From Bacillus subtilis subsp. subtilis str. 168 (GTDB lineage Bacteria; Bacillota; Bacilli; Bacillales; Bacillaceae): DNA of 32,000 bases. A program made the position numbers and the translations under genes. Positions within the stretch are counted from its first letter, which is position 1. The number at the start of each line of letters is the position of its first letter. The notes under the pieces are model-generated. The model made no database searches and was not told the origin of the DNA. It saw only the letters and a list, made by a program, of their open reading frames with translations. Shown piece after piece: positions 8,831 through 18,352 of the stretch. Where the stretch lies: positions 420,001 through 452,000 of the forward strand of contig NC_000964.3 in the NCBI RefSeq assembly GCF_000009045.1, in the 5' to 3' direction.

Positions 8831-9979
8831 ATGAAGAGTGGGGTAATTCCTTCTTCAGCGGTCGGTCAAAAAATTAACGAGTGGTACAGATATATCCGGA
8901 CATTCAGCGTGCCGGATGCCGAAGTGTTAAAAGCTGAAATCCAGCAGGAACTGAAACACATGCAGCATGATTCCAACTTGCTGCTTTATTATTCACTAAT
9001 GGAATTCCGGCACCAGCTTATGCTGGATTATCTTGAGCCGTTAGAGAAATTAAATATCGAAGACCAGCCAAGCCTGTCTGAATTATCAAGAAACATTGAC
9101 AGCAACCAGGCAGATCTCAAAGGGCTGCTCGACTATTACGTGAATTTTTTTCGCGGGATGTATGAATTTGATAAGCGGGAATTTATTTCTGCCATTACAT
9201 ACTATAAACAGGCGGAGAAAAAGCTCTCCTTTGTCGCAGACCATATTGAACGGGCTGAATTCTATTTTAAAATCGCGGAAGCTTATTATTATATGAAGCA
9301 AACGTATTTTTCATTGATTAATATAAAAAACGCCTATGAAATTTACGTGGAGCAGGAAACCTATAATGTGAGAATCATTCAGTGCCATTTCGTCTTCGGG
9401 GTCAACCTGATGGATGAAAGAAATTTCGAACAAGCCGCACGCCATTTCAAATTGGCGCTCAACATGGCCCAAGCAGAACAAAAAGCCCAGCTGGTTGGAA
9501 GAGCATACTACAATCTCGGGTTATGCTATTACAATCAAGACCTTCTAGACCCTGCCATTGATTACTTTGAAAAAGCGGTCTCCACATTTGAAAGCAGCAG
9601 GATCGTCAATTCTCTCCCGCAAGCCTATTTTTTAATCACCCTGATTTATTATAAACAGGGAAAACATGATAAAGCTTCGGAATATCACAAGCGGGGCTAT
9701 GAATATGCTAAAGAAACAGACGATGCAGACTATGCCGTAAAATTCGAGTTTTTGCAATCCCTATATCTGGATCAGCCCAATGAAGAAGGAATCGAACGAT
9801 GTTTCCAGTACTTAAAAAATAAAAATATGTACGCTGATATAGAGGATTTAGCCCTAGAAGTAGCAAAATATTACTATGAACAGAAATGGTTTAAACTGTC
9901 TGCTTCCTACTTTCTACAAGTTGAAGAGGCAAGAAAACAAATACAAAGGAGTGAAGGTTTGTATGAAATTGAAATCTAA
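8831..9979 (+). CDS. rapC: Response regulator aspartate phosphatase RapC (TPR protein)
   Basis: The track ORF starts at 8810; MKSGVIPSSAVGQKINEWY (ATG 8831) gives 382 aa. Rap-type N-terminal bundle and TPR repeats; followed by phrC. Confidence 0.96.
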   Translation: MKSGVIPSSAVGQKINEWYRYIRTFSVPDAEVLKAEIQQELKHMQHDSNLLLYYSLMEFRHQLMLDYLEPLEKLNIEDQPSLSELSRNIDSNQADLKGLLDYYVNFFRGMYEFDKREFISAITYYKQAEKKLSFVADHIERAEFYFKIAEAYYYMKQTYFSLINIKNAYEIYVEQETYNVRIIQCHFVFGVNLMDERNFEQAARHFKLALNMAQAEQKAQLVGRAYYNLGLCYYNQDLLDPAIDYFEKAVSTFESSRIVNSLPQAYFLITLIYYKQGKHDKASEYHKRGYEYAKETDDADYAVKFEFLQSLYLDQPNEEGIERCFQYLKNKNMYADIEDLALEVAKYYYEQKWFKLSASYFLQVEEARKQIQRSEGLYEIEI

Positions 9980-10085
9980 GTTGTTTGTTATTTGTTTGGC
10001 CGCAGCCGCGATTTTTACAGCGGCTGGCGTTTCTGCTAATGCGGAAGCACTCGACTTTCATGTGACAGAAAGAGGAATGACGTAA
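9963..10085 (+). CDS. phrC: PhrC precursor of competence and sporulation factor (CSF)
   Basis: ATG 9963 overlaps the rapC end. 40 aa MKLKSKLFVICLAAAAIFTAAGVSANAEALDFHVTERGMT with signal peptide and C-terminal ERGMT, the mature CSF pentapeptide. The track lists it only inside a longer ORF (9876..10085). Confidence 0.97.
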   Translation: MKLKSKLFVICLAAAAIFTAAGVSANAEALDFHVTERGMT

Positions 10086-10092
10086 GAACAAG

Positions 10093-10121
10093 CCCCTTCT
10101 CATTAGCGAGAAGGGGTTTTT
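10093..10121 (+). terminator. Intrinsic terminator of rapC-phrC
   Basis: CCCCTTCTC attagc GAGAAGGGG TTTTT. Confidence 0.9.
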
Positions 10122-10127
10122 CTTTTC

Positions 10128-10159
10128 AAAAAAACACCGCAAGACATAGTCTTGCGGTG
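10128..10159 (-). terminator. Intrinsic terminator of the minus-strand small ORF yczM
   Basis: Perfect 11-bp stem CACCGCAAGAC ata GTCTTGCGGTG; the plus-strand A-tract 10128-10134 gives a T-tract on the minus-strand transcript. Confidence 0.85.
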
Positions 10160-10184
10160 CCGCCTTCATGGAGATTACGTTTAT

Positions 10185-10274
10185 TTAGTAGCCTCCTACA
10201 AATGCAGTTCCCACAATGATCAAGAGGATAAATAACACAACAATCAAAGCGAAAGAAGTTCCGTAACCTGACAT
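10185..10274 (-). CDS. yczM: Tiny single-TM sporulation-type peptide, 29 aa (YjcZ family)
   Basis: Hand-translated: [29 protein letters not shown], preceded by AAGGAGGTG. Below the ORF-track cutoff. The choice of yczM over yczN rests on recalled gene order. Confidence 0.85.
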   Translation of the reverse strand: MSGYGTSFALIVVLFILLIIVGTAFVGGY

Positions 10275-10355
10275 TTTGTGCACCTCCTTGCGAGATTGCT
10301 TCAGCAAATGCTGCAAAACTGTGGCGGACAGGGTCCCGCAGAGACGGTCAGCAGC

Positions 10356-10469
10356 TTAGAAGCCGCCAACAAACGCAGTCCCTACGATAATTAATAGAAT
10401 AAACAATACAACGATTAAAGCGAAAGAACTGATGCCGCCGTAACCGCCGCCGTTAGAGTATCCTGACAT
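10356..10469 (-). CDS. yczN: Tiny single-TM sporulation-type peptide, 37 aa (YjcZ family)
   Basis: Hand-translated: [37 protein letters not shown], preceded by GGGAGGTG. Paralogous to the 29-aa ORF. Confidence 0.85.
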   Translation of the reverse strand: MSGYSNGGGYGGISSFALIVVLFILLIIVGTAFVGGF

Positions 10470-10622
10470 AAGGTTTCACCTCCCTATGAAGGATACTATA
10501 AGATATGCTGAACCGATCCATTTGGCAGGGATAATAGTGGACAAGAGAAAAAATGAAGAATTCGGCTATATGAAGGTGATATAAAAAAATAGCGGGCGCT
10601 GCCGCCCGCTATTTATGTACGA

Positions 10623-11987
10623 TTAAGAGATCAGCACGCCCGCGAAAAATTCCTGGTATAACGCTTGAACGGCTTTTCTTTCTTCGGCTTCTTTTACGCC
10701 AAACATCATGCTCACTTCAGAAGACCCCTGATTGATCATTTCGATATTCACCTGTGCCTCTGATAATGCTTTGGCGGCTCTTGCCGTTGTACCGACATTG
10801 TGGCGCATCGCTTCCCCTACAACCATAATCAGGGCGAGATGATGCTCGACGATGACTTCATCGGCATGCAAATCCTCTTCGATCCGTTTGATGACGCTGC
10901 GTTCAGTGGCGGCATCCATTTGCCCCTGCCGTAAAATGATTGTCATGTCATCGATTCCCGATGGAACATGCTCATACGTCAAACCATGCTCCTCCAGGAT
11001 TTGAAGGGCTCTGCGGCCAAAACCGATTTCTCTGTTCATGAGATACTTGCTGATATAAATGCTGCAAAAACCGGTGTCGCTGGCAATGCCGACGACAGGC
11101 CCGTTTGTGTTATCCCGCTTGCTGACGACGCGGGTGCCTTCGGCTGAGGGGTTGTTCGTATTTTTGATCTGAACAGGAATCCCCGCTCTGAATGCCGGAA
11201 TGAGCGCTTCATCATGAAACACTGAAAAACCCGCGTAGGACAGCTCCCGCATCTCTCTATATGTCAGCTCGCTGATTTCCTTTGGATTCTCAACGAAGGA
11301 CGGATTGACAGAATACACAGCGTCTACGTCTGTAAAGTTTTCGTACAAATCGGCTTGTAGTCCGTTGGCAAGAATCGAACCGGTAATATCAGAACCGCTC
11401 CGTGAGAATGTGATCACATCGCCATCCTTGCTGAATCCGAAAAAACCGGGAAAAATGATGAGTCCGTCACGTTCCCGAAGACGATAGAGGTTTTGATAGG
11501 ATTCAGGAAGAACTTGCGCGTTGCCGGGTTCATTTGTCACAAAGAGGCCGGCATCCTTCGGGTTTACATATTCCGCTTTGACGCCTTTATAACGGAAGTA
11601 AGCGGCGATCAGTTTGGCATTGTTATCCTCTCCGCTGGCCTTGACTGCGTCAAGGTATTGTTCGGGATTGCTTTTGTCTCCTTCTAAAAGCGTAAACAGA
11701 TCATCTCTGATTTTTTCGATAATGCTTTGCCCCAGCTGAAGCTCATTGGCGATGAGAGCGTACCGTTCCACAACAGCTTCCGCCAGTTCAGGTGCGCTGC
11801 CTGTTGCCAAATATTGTTCTGCACATGCGATTAAGAGATCAGTCACTTTCGTATCCTCGGCATAGTGTTTTCCCGGAGCTGAAACGACTACAGCTTTCCG
11901 TGCCGGATCTGAGGTAACGATGTGAAACACCTTGTCAAGCTGGGCGCCTGAAGCAAGTGAGCTGCCTCCGAATTTAACGACCTTCAT
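10623..11987 (-). CDS. yclM: Aspartate kinase (aspartokinase III type)
   Basis: 454 aa; N-terminal KFGGSSLASG, FFGFSKDGDVITFSRSGSDITGSILA, C-terminal ACT-like region (VNIEMINQGSSEVSMMFGV). Confidence 0.94.
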   Translation of the reverse strand: MKVVKFGGSSLASGAQLDKVFHIVTSDPARKAVVVSAPGKHYAEDTKVTDLLIACAEQYLATGSAPELAEAVVERYALIANELQLGQSIIEKIRDDLFTLLEGDKSNPEQYLDAVKASGEDNNAKLIAAYFRYKGVKAEYVNPKDAGLFVTNEPGNAQVLPESYQNLYRLRERDGLIIFPGFFGFSKDGDVITFSRSGSDITGSILANGLQADLYENFTDVDAVYSVNPSFVENPKEISELTYREMRELSYAGFSVFHDEALIPAFRAGIPVQIKNTNNPSAEGTRVVSKRDNTNGPVVGIASDTGFCSIYISKYLMNREIGFGRRALQILEEHGLTYEHVPSGIDDMTIILRQGQMDAATERSVIKRIEEDLHADEVIVEHHLALIMVVGEAMRHNVGTTARAAKALSEAQVNIEMINQGSSEVSMMFGVKEAEERKAVQALYQEFFAGVLIS

Positions 11988-12242
11988 GTTTACATCTCCT
12001 AATGTTTAAAATTTTCACACAAATTTAGTATTTATTATCTCTCTTTCAGTACTGTAAATCAAGGGGGAATTTCTTTCTCAGGAGAACATTTGTATTTTTC
12101 ACGAGGAATAATGTTAGGTTTGCTGACCGTATGCCTGCGTTATAAAGATAAATATGGTAAACAGCCTAACGTTTTGGGATGGAAAATGGTTAGAATGATT
12201 AGTAAAATTGATAAATGACTAGGTTAATATTTTTAAAGAATA

Positions 12243-12270
12243 TTGACTAACCCTATAAAAATGGTAATAT
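12243..12270 (+). promoter_or_regulatory. Sigma-A-type promoter of yclNOPQ
   Basis: TTGACT (12243-12248), 16-bp spacer, extended -10 TGGTAATAT (TAATAT 12265-12270). Confidence 0.75.
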
Positions 12271-12275
12271 GTAAA

Positions 12276-12294
12276 TGATAATGATAATCAATTA
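12276..12294 (+). promoter_or_regulatory. Fur box upstream of yclN
   Basis: TGATAATGATAATCAATTA; its first 15 nt match TGATAATNATTATCA with one mismatch. Lies just downstream of the promoter and upstream of an iron-siderophore transporter. Confidence 0.88.
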
Positions 12295-12371
12295 CTATAT
12301 GGCCATATTGTTTTGAGTCCTTGCGGAGTAGGAGATACGTTCTTTTTGCTGTAAGGATGTAAGGAGGCAGC

Positions 12372-13322
12372 ATGAAGCTACGTTACTTATTTATTCTACT
12401 TATCATATTAGCAGTCACATCTGTATTTATCGGTGTAGAAGATCTGTCGCCGCTTGATCTCTTCGATTTAAGCAAACAAGAGGCGTCAACGCTGTTTGCA
12501 AGCCGTTTGCCGCGATTGATCAGCATTGTCATTGCGGGATTAAGCATGAGCATCTGCGGTTTGATTATGCAGCAGATCAGCAGAAATAAATTCGTGTCAC
12601 CGACGACGGCGGGCACGATGGATTGGGCGAGGCTCGGCATTTTAATTTCCTTGCTGCTGTTTACATCCGCCAGTCCTTTAATCAAAATGCTGGTCGCGTT
12701 TGTCTTTGCCCTTGCAGGAAATTTTCTGTTTATGAAAATCCTTGAAAGAATCAAGTTTAACGACACCATCTTTATTCCGCTTGTCGGTTTAATGCTCGGG
12801 AATATCGTCAGTTCAATCGCGACATTTATCGCATATAAATATGACTTGATCCAGAATGTGTCATCATGGCTGCAGGGAGACTTCTCTTTAGTCGTGAAAG
12901 GAAGATACGAGCTTCTTTATCTGAGTATTCCGCTCGTCATCATTGCCTATGTGTATGCGGATAAATTCACATTGGCCGGTATGGGTGAAAGCTTTTCTGT
13001 CAACCTCGGCCTCAAGTATAAACGGGTTGTGAACATCGGGCTCATTATCGTGTCCCTGATCACGTCTCTTGTCATTTTGACTGTCGGTATGCTGCCGTTT
13101 CTCGGTTTAATCATCCCGAATATTGTATCGATTTACAGAGGAGACAATCTGAAGAGCAGCCTGCCGCATACTGTGCTGTTGGGAGCGGTTTTTGTGCTGT
13201 TTTGCGATATACTGGGCAGAATCATTATCTTCCCTTATGAAATCTCGATTGGCCTGATGGTCGGAATCATCGGCAGCGGCATTTTCCTGTTTATGCTGTT
13301 AAGGAGAAAAGCCTATGCGTAA
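12372..13322 (+). CDS. yclN: Petrobactin-type iron-siderophore ABC transporter permease
   Basis: 316 aa FecCD-family permease; SD AAGGAGG upstream; first gene of the operon. Confidence 0.93.
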   Translation: MKLRYLFILLIILAVTSVFIGVEDLSPLDLFDLSKQEASTLFASRLPRLISIVIAGLSMSICGLIMQQISRNKFVSPTTAGTMDWARLGILISLLLFTSASPLIKMLVAFVFALAGNFLFMKILERIKFNDTIFIPLVGLMLGNIVSSIATFIAYKYDLIQNVSSWLQGDFSLVVKGRYELLYLSIPLVIIAYVYADKFTLAGMGESFSVNLGLKYKRVVNIGLIIVSLITSLVILTVGMLPFLGLIIPNIVSIYRGDNLKSSLPHTVLLGAVFVLFCDILGRIIIFPYEISIGLMVGIIGSGIFLFMLLRRKAYA

Positions 13323-14262
13323 CCAGATGAAAATAGCTTTGCTCGTTGGTTTAGCCATTGTATGTATTGGCTTGTTTTTGTTTTATGACTTAGGCAATTG
13401 GGATTACACCCTGCCGAGACGAATCAAAAAAGTCGCTGCCATTGTGCTGACTGGGGGAGCGATTGCGTTTTCGACCATGATCTTTCAAACGATTACGAAC
13501 AACCGCATCCTGACGCCGAGCATTTTGGGCCTTGATTCTCTCTACATGCTGATTCAGACTGGCATTATCTTTTTGTTCGGTTCTGCGAATATGGTCATCA
13601 TGAATAAAAACATCAACTTTATCATCTCTGTTCTGCTGATGATCCTGTTTTCTCTTGTTTTGTATCAGATCATGTTCAAGGGTGAGGGGAGAAATATCTT
13701 TTTCCTTCTGCTTATCGGAATCGTGTTTGGCACGCTGTTCAGCAGCCTGTCTTCTTTTATGCAGATGCTGATTGATCCGAACGAGTTCCAAGTTGTGCAG
13801 GACAAGATGTTTGCCAGCTTTAACAATATCAATACGGATTTGTTATGGCTCGCGTTCATCATCTTCCTGCTGACAGGCGTTTATGTCTGGCGTTTTACAA
13901 AATTTTTCGATGTGCTGTCGCTCGGACGCGAGCACGCCGTGAATTTGGGCATTGACTACGACAAAGTGGTGAAGCAGATGCTGATCGTGGTTGCGATTTT
14001 GGTTTCTGTTTCAACAGCGCTAGTCGGGCCGATTATGTTTTTAGGCCTTCTGGTCGTCAACCTGGCGAGAGAATTCCTGAAAACATATAAGCATTCATAC
14101 TTAATCGCAGGCTCCGTTTTCATCAGCATCATTGCGCTGGTCGGAGGGCAGTTTGTGGTTGAGAAAGTGTTTACCTTCTCAACGACGCTGAGCGTCATTA
14201 TTAATTTTGCCGGCGGGATTTATTTTATCTACTTGCTGTTAAAGGAGAATAAATCATGGTAG
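13315..14262 (+). CDS. yclO: Petrobactin-type iron-siderophore ABC transporter permease
   Basis: 315 aa FecCD-family permease; overlaps the yclN end by 8 nt. Confidence 0.93.
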   Translation: MRNQMKIALLVGLAIVCIGLFLFYDLGNWDYTLPRRIKKVAAIVLTGGAIAFSTMIFQTITNNRILTPSILGLDSLYMLIQTGIIFLFGSANMVIMNKNINFIISVLLMILFSLVLYQIMFKGEGRNIFFLLLIGIVFGTLFSSLSSFMQMLIDPNEFQVVQDKMFASFNNINTDLLWLAFIIFLLTGVYVWRFTKFFDVLSLGREHAVNLGIDYDKVVKQMLIVVAILVSVSTALVGPIMFLGLLVVNLAREFLKTYKHSYLIAGSVFISIIALVGGQFVVEKVFTFSTTLSVIINFAGGIYFIYLLLKENKSW

Positions 14263-15014
14263 AGGTCAGAAATGTAAGCAAACAATATGGCGGGAAAGTT
14301 GTTCTTGAAGAGACGTCAGTCACGATTCAAAAGGGCAAAATCACCTCGTTTATCGGTCCTAACGGCGCCGGCAAAAGTACGCTGCTGTCTATCATGAGCC
14401 GCCTGATCAAAAAGGATTCCGGCGAGATTTACATAGACGGACAAGAGATTGGAGCATGTGACAGCAAAGAGCTTGCCAAGAAAATGAGCATTTTGAAGCA
14501 GGCGAACCAAATCAATATCAGGCTCACGATCAAAGACCTCGTCAGTTTTGGCAGGTTTCCGTACTCACAGGGCCGGCTGACAGAGGAAGACTGGGTTCAT
14601 ATCAACCAGGCGCTTAGCTATATGAAGCTGGAAGACATTCAAGACAAATACTTGGATCAGCTGAGCGGCGGACAGTGCCAAAGGGCATTTATCGCCATGG
14701 TCATTGCCCAGGACACAGATTATATCTTTCTGGATGAACCGCTGAACAATCTGGATATGAAACACTCAGTTGAAATTATGAAACTGCTGAAACGGCTGGT
14801 AGAGGAGCTTGGAAAAACGATCGTGATCGTCATTCACGATATCAATTTTGCTTCAGTCTATTCTGACTATATCGTCGCTTTGAAAAACGGCCGAATCGTT
14901 AAAGAAGGACCGCCTGAAGAAATGATAGAAACATCAGTGCTTGAGGAAATCTACGATATGACCATCCCGATTCAGACGATTGATAATCAAAGAATAGGTG
15001 TTTATTTTTCTTAA
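14256..15014 (+). CDS. yclP: Petrobactin-type iron-siderophore ABC transporter ATPase
   Basis: 252 aa FepC-like; Walker A GPNGAGKST, signature LSGGQCQR, Walker B YIFLDEPLNNLD. Confidence 0.93.
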   Translation: MVEVRNVSKQYGGKVVLEETSVTIQKGKITSFIGPNGAGKSTLLSIMSRLIKKDSGEIYIDGQEIGACDSKELAKKMSILKQANQINIRLTIKDLVSFGRFPYSQGRLTEEDWVHINQALSYMKLEDIQDKYLDQLSGGQCQRAFIAMVIAQDTDYIFLDEPLNNLDMKHSVEIMKLLKRLVEELGKTIVIVIHDINFASVYSDYIVALKNGRIVKEGPPEEMIETSVLEEIYDMTIPIQTIDNQRIGVYFS

Positions 15015-15035
15015 TATATAGAAGAGGTGAGGAGC

Positions 15036-15989
15036 ATGAAAAAGTTCGCGTTACTATTCATCGCTTTGGTCACTGCCGTTGTCATTTCTGCATGCGGAAA
15101 CCAAAGCACAAGCAGCAAAGGTTCTGATACAAAGAAAGAACAAATCACAGTGAAACACCAGCTCGACAAAAACGGCACAAAAGTACCGAAGAACCCTAAA
15201 AAAGTTGTCGTATTTGACTTTGGAAGCTTAGATACATTAGATAAACTAGGACTTGATGATATAGTAGCGGGCCTGCCGAAACAAGTCCTTCCTAAATATC
15301 TGTCCAAATTCAAGGATGACAAATACGCTGATGTCGGCAGCTTAAAAGAGCCAGACTTCGACAAAGTGGCAGAATTAGATCCTGATCTGATCATTATTTC
15401 AGCAAGACAATCTGAGTCTTACAAAGAATTCTCTAAAATTGCGCCGACGATTTACCTTGGTGTAGATACAGCGAAGTACATGGAATCATTTAAATCAGAC
15501 GCTGAAACAATCGGTAAAATCTTTGATAAAGAAGACAAAGTGAAAGATGAGCTCGCAAACATTGATCACTCAATCGCAGATGTAAAGAAAACCGCTGAAA
15601 AGCTTAACAAAAACGGTCTCGTCATCATGGCGAACGATGGAAAAATCAGCGCGTTCGGCCCTAAATCAAGATACGGCCTGATCCATGACGTATTCGGCGT
15701 GGCTCCGGCTGATCAAAACATCAAAGCGTCTACGCACGGACAAAGTGTTTCTTACGAGTACATTTCAAAAACAAACCCTGATTACTTGTTTGTTATTGAC
15801 CGCGGTACAGCAATCGGAGAAACATCATCTACAAAACAAGTCGTGGAAAACGATTATGTGAAAAACGTAAACGCAGTGAAAAATGGTCATGTCATCTACC
15901 TTGATTCTGCTACTTGGTATTTATCAGGAGGCGGACTTGAGTCTATGACGCAAATGATTAAAGAAGTGAAAGACGGTTTAGAAAAGTAA
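15036..15989 (+). CDS. yclQ: Petrobactin-type siderophore-binding lipoprotein
   Basis: ATG 15036 after GAGGTGAGG gives 317 aa; lipobox ISACG; periplasmic-binding fold of FhuD/CeuE type. Confidence 0.94.
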   Translation: MKKFALLFIALVTAVVISACGNQSTSSKGSDTKKEQITVKHQLDKNGTKVPKNPKKVVVFDFGSLDTLDKLGLDDIVAGLPKQVLPKYLSKFKDDKYADVGSLKEPDFDKVAELDPDLIIISARQSESYKEFSKIAPTIYLGVDTAKYMESFKSDAETIGKIFDKEDKVKDELANIDHSIADVKKTAEKLNKNGLVIMANDGKISAFGPKSRYGLIHDVFGVAPADQNIKASTHGQSVSYEYISKTNPDYLFVIDRGTAIGETSSTKQVVENDYVKNVNAVKNGHVIYLDSATWYLSGGGLESMTQMIKEVKDGLEK

Positions 15990-15998
15990 AACCAAAAA

Positions 15999-16030
15999 GA
16001 GCCTCCGCTAAATAGCGGGGCTCTTTTTTT
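15999..16030. terminator. Intrinsic terminator after yclQ (convergent with ycnB)
   Basis: GAGCCTCCGCTAAATAGCGGGGCTC followed by T8; also preceded by an A-tract. Confidence 0.88.
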
Positions 16031-16035
16031 GTTAA

Positions 16036-17454
16036 TCAGCGTGCCGGCTGCTGTTCGGCAGGGCGCTGAGGTTTCTTTAATGTGAATGAGAGAAGGAAGC
16101 CGACAAGTGCAATGACGGCAGCCACTATAAAAGCGGCGTTCATGCCGTGCAGGGCGGCGTGCTTCACATTTGTCGTGCCTGCATGTGCCGCCTGGTTGCT
16201 CATCACGGAAACCAATAGTGCGGTTCCGATCGAGCCGCCGACTTGGCGAATCGTGTTGTTCATCGCAGTTCCGTGCGGAATCAAGTGGCGCGGCAGCGCA
16301 TTGATTCCGGCTGTTGTCACCGGCATCATGATCATGGCGGTGCCTAAGAGACGAACGGTGTATAAAACGACAATCCAAGCGAGTGACGTATGGTCAGTCA
16401 GCTGCATAAACGGCAGAGATGTCAGGAAGATGATGCAGAAACCGGCAATCGCCAGCCCTCTTCCGCCGACACGGTCAAAAATTCTGCCGATAATCGGCGA
16501 CATAAAGCCCATCACAACGGCTCCCGGCAGGAGCATAAGCCCTGTATCAAAAGCTGTGACGTCTCTGACATTTTGTGTATAAAGCGGCAGGATGGTTTCC
16601 GTACCGATCAATAATGCAAAGACGAGGGTTCCCAGCAGTGTTGTTAAGCTGAAAACGCCAAACGTGAAGACGCGGAATTCCAGCATCGGTTTTTTAAGCT
16701 TCATTTGTCTTGTGATAAACAAGAGCAGCGCGATGACACCCACCAGCAGTGAAATCAAGACGGTTGAACTGGACCAGCCATAAGAGCCGACGCTTGAGAA
16801 GCCGTACAGAAGGCCGCCGAACCCAAATGTTGAAAGGATGACTGATAAAATATCAATCTGTGTTTTTCTTAAAGTCGTCACGTTTTTCATCAGGATGCTG
16901 GCAAGAATCAAATCAATCACAGCAAACGGAAGAATAATATAAAACAATGATCTCCAAGAGAAAGCTTCGACAGCCCATCCGGAAAGAGTCGGTCCGATCG
17001 CAGGCGCGAATGAGATGACCAATCCGACCATACCCATAGCCTGGCCGCGCTTTTCAATCGGAAAGATTGTCAGGAATACAGTCTGCATGAGCGGCATCAT
17101 AATGCCGGCTCCAGCCGCTTGAATGATACGCGCTGTCAGCAGAACCGGGAAGTTCGGCGCGAACGCTCCGACGACTGTTCCGGCAGTGAAAATGCTCATT
17201 GCTGTGATGAGCAGCGCCCGGCTTGTGAATTTCTCAATTAAAAACGCGGTAATCGGAATTAAAATCCCGTTGGTTAACATAAATGATGTTGTCAGCCATT
17301 GTGCTTGGTTGGCATCGACATTGAAATCCCTCATGATATGGGGAAGTGCAGTAATCAACAATGTCTGGTTCAAAATCGCCACAAACGCTCCGGCTAACAA
17401 AATGCCGACAATGACAGAACGGTTAAAAGGTTTTTGTTCAATACTTGTGTTCAA
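16036..17454 (-). CDS. ycnB: MFS multidrug transporter, DHA2/EmrB-QacA type
   Basis: 472 aa; NQTLLITALPHIMRDFNVDANQAQWLTTSFMLTNGILIPITAFL is typical of 14-TM EmrB/QacA proteins. Confidence 0.92.
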   Translation of the reverse strand: MNTSIEQKPFNRSVIVGILLAGAFVAILNQTLLITALPHIMRDFNVDANQAQWLTTSFMLTNGILIPITAFLIEKFTSRALLITAMSIFTAGTVVGAFAPNFPVLLTARIIQAAGAGIMMPLMQTVFLTIFPIEKRGQAMGMVGLVISFAPAIGPTLSGWAVEAFSWRSLFYIILPFAVIDLILASILMKNVTTLRKTQIDILSVILSTFGFGGLLYGFSSVGSYGWSSSTVLISLLVGVIALLLFITRQMKLKKPMLEFRVFTFGVFSLTTLLGTLVFALLIGTETILPLYTQNVRDVTAFDTGLMLLPGAVVMGFMSPIIGRIFDRVGGRGLAIAGFCIIFLTSLPFMQLTDHTSLAWIVVLYTVRLLGTAMIMMPVTTAGINALPRHLIPHGTAMNNTIRQVGGSIGTALLVSVMSNQAAHAGTTNVKHAALHGMNAAFIVAAVIALVGFLLSFTLKKPQRPAEQQPAR

Positions 17455-17473
17455 TACATATCCCTTCTTTTCT

Positions 17474-18352
17474 CTAAGTAATTAACAGTGTTTTTAACAT
17501 GGAAACGGGCTGTGTTAAAACACCGGTTTGTTCCAGATAGCCAATCAGTGATTTGAGTAAAAAAGCGCGGGGTTCTTCCTTCTTCGCTTCTTCCTCCAGC
17601 ATAGCGGCTGCGGATGTCAGTTCATCTACGTCATAGTCCGCGGCGGACAGGGAAGAGATGCCTTTATGTAATTCCTTCAGGCTTTCCGATAATAGGACTG
17701 ATTTATCCTTTGGCTTGTAGGAGGATGCTGAATGAATATAAAGCTCGATGGCTTCGGGCGGAAGAAGAGACTGGCGGGTTTCCCTGTTTTTGATAATCTG
17801 ATTGAGGGTGCTGATGATAAACTCTGCGATCGGGTCAAGCTCAAGCGGTTTTTCCTCGATTTTGATCAGCATTAAAAACTCACGCATCATGCCGTGAAGA
17901 ATGATAACCAAATCCCACACAAACGGGAGAATGGTTTCTCCATACGCCTGGATCAGCGAATCGCGGTGCCAGCAGATAATCGTCGATCTGGTCTGATGGA
18001 TATGCTGTTTGACCCGGTCATTGTGCAGCTTGGGGTTTCCGTAGGTCAGCATATTGAAAAACTGCTGATTCCGCCTGAAGCCCTCCAGTTCCATTTTGAC
18101 CTTTTGCGTCAAACGCTCCTCCGGTGTAAGTGCTGTATTTTCCTGAAGTCTTGAGGCCGCGGCCACCATTTGCTTCTGGTTAAATGACAGCAGCTCCAAA
18201 AGCAGATCTTCTTTAGATTGGAACAGCTTATATATCGAAGCTTTTGACATCTTACATTCTTCTGCGATCGCCTGCATGGAAACCGACGTAAAATCCTTTT
18301 CCGAAAAAAGCTTTCGCGCGGCTAACAAGATATCTGTTTTTTTATCAAGCAT
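17474..18352 (-). CDS. ycnC: TetR/AcrR-family transcriptional regulator
   Basis: The track ORF runs to 18583. ATG 18352 ([44 protein letters not shown]) follows GAAGGAAG and gives 292 aa. TetR HTH at the N-terminus. Confidence 0.88.

Noticed and set aside
10128-10159. Perfect inverted repeat with 11-bp arms considered as a CRISPR-like or mobile-element end
   Set aside because: Single copy, 3-nt loop and adjoining A-tract are explained by an intrinsic terminator for the minus-strand micro-ORF.
8710-10540. rapC-phrC plus flanking small ORFs considered as a mobile quorum-sensing or toxin-antitoxin island
   Set aside because: No integrase, repeats or toxin-like genes. The cassette matches the chromosomal ComA-regulated rapC-phrC locus and the small ORFs match spore-type peptides.
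13390-13791. 133-aa minus-strand ORF antisense to yclO
   Set aside because: It lies wholly inside a conserved permease gene, its composition looks like antisense translation, and no ribosome-binding site was evident.
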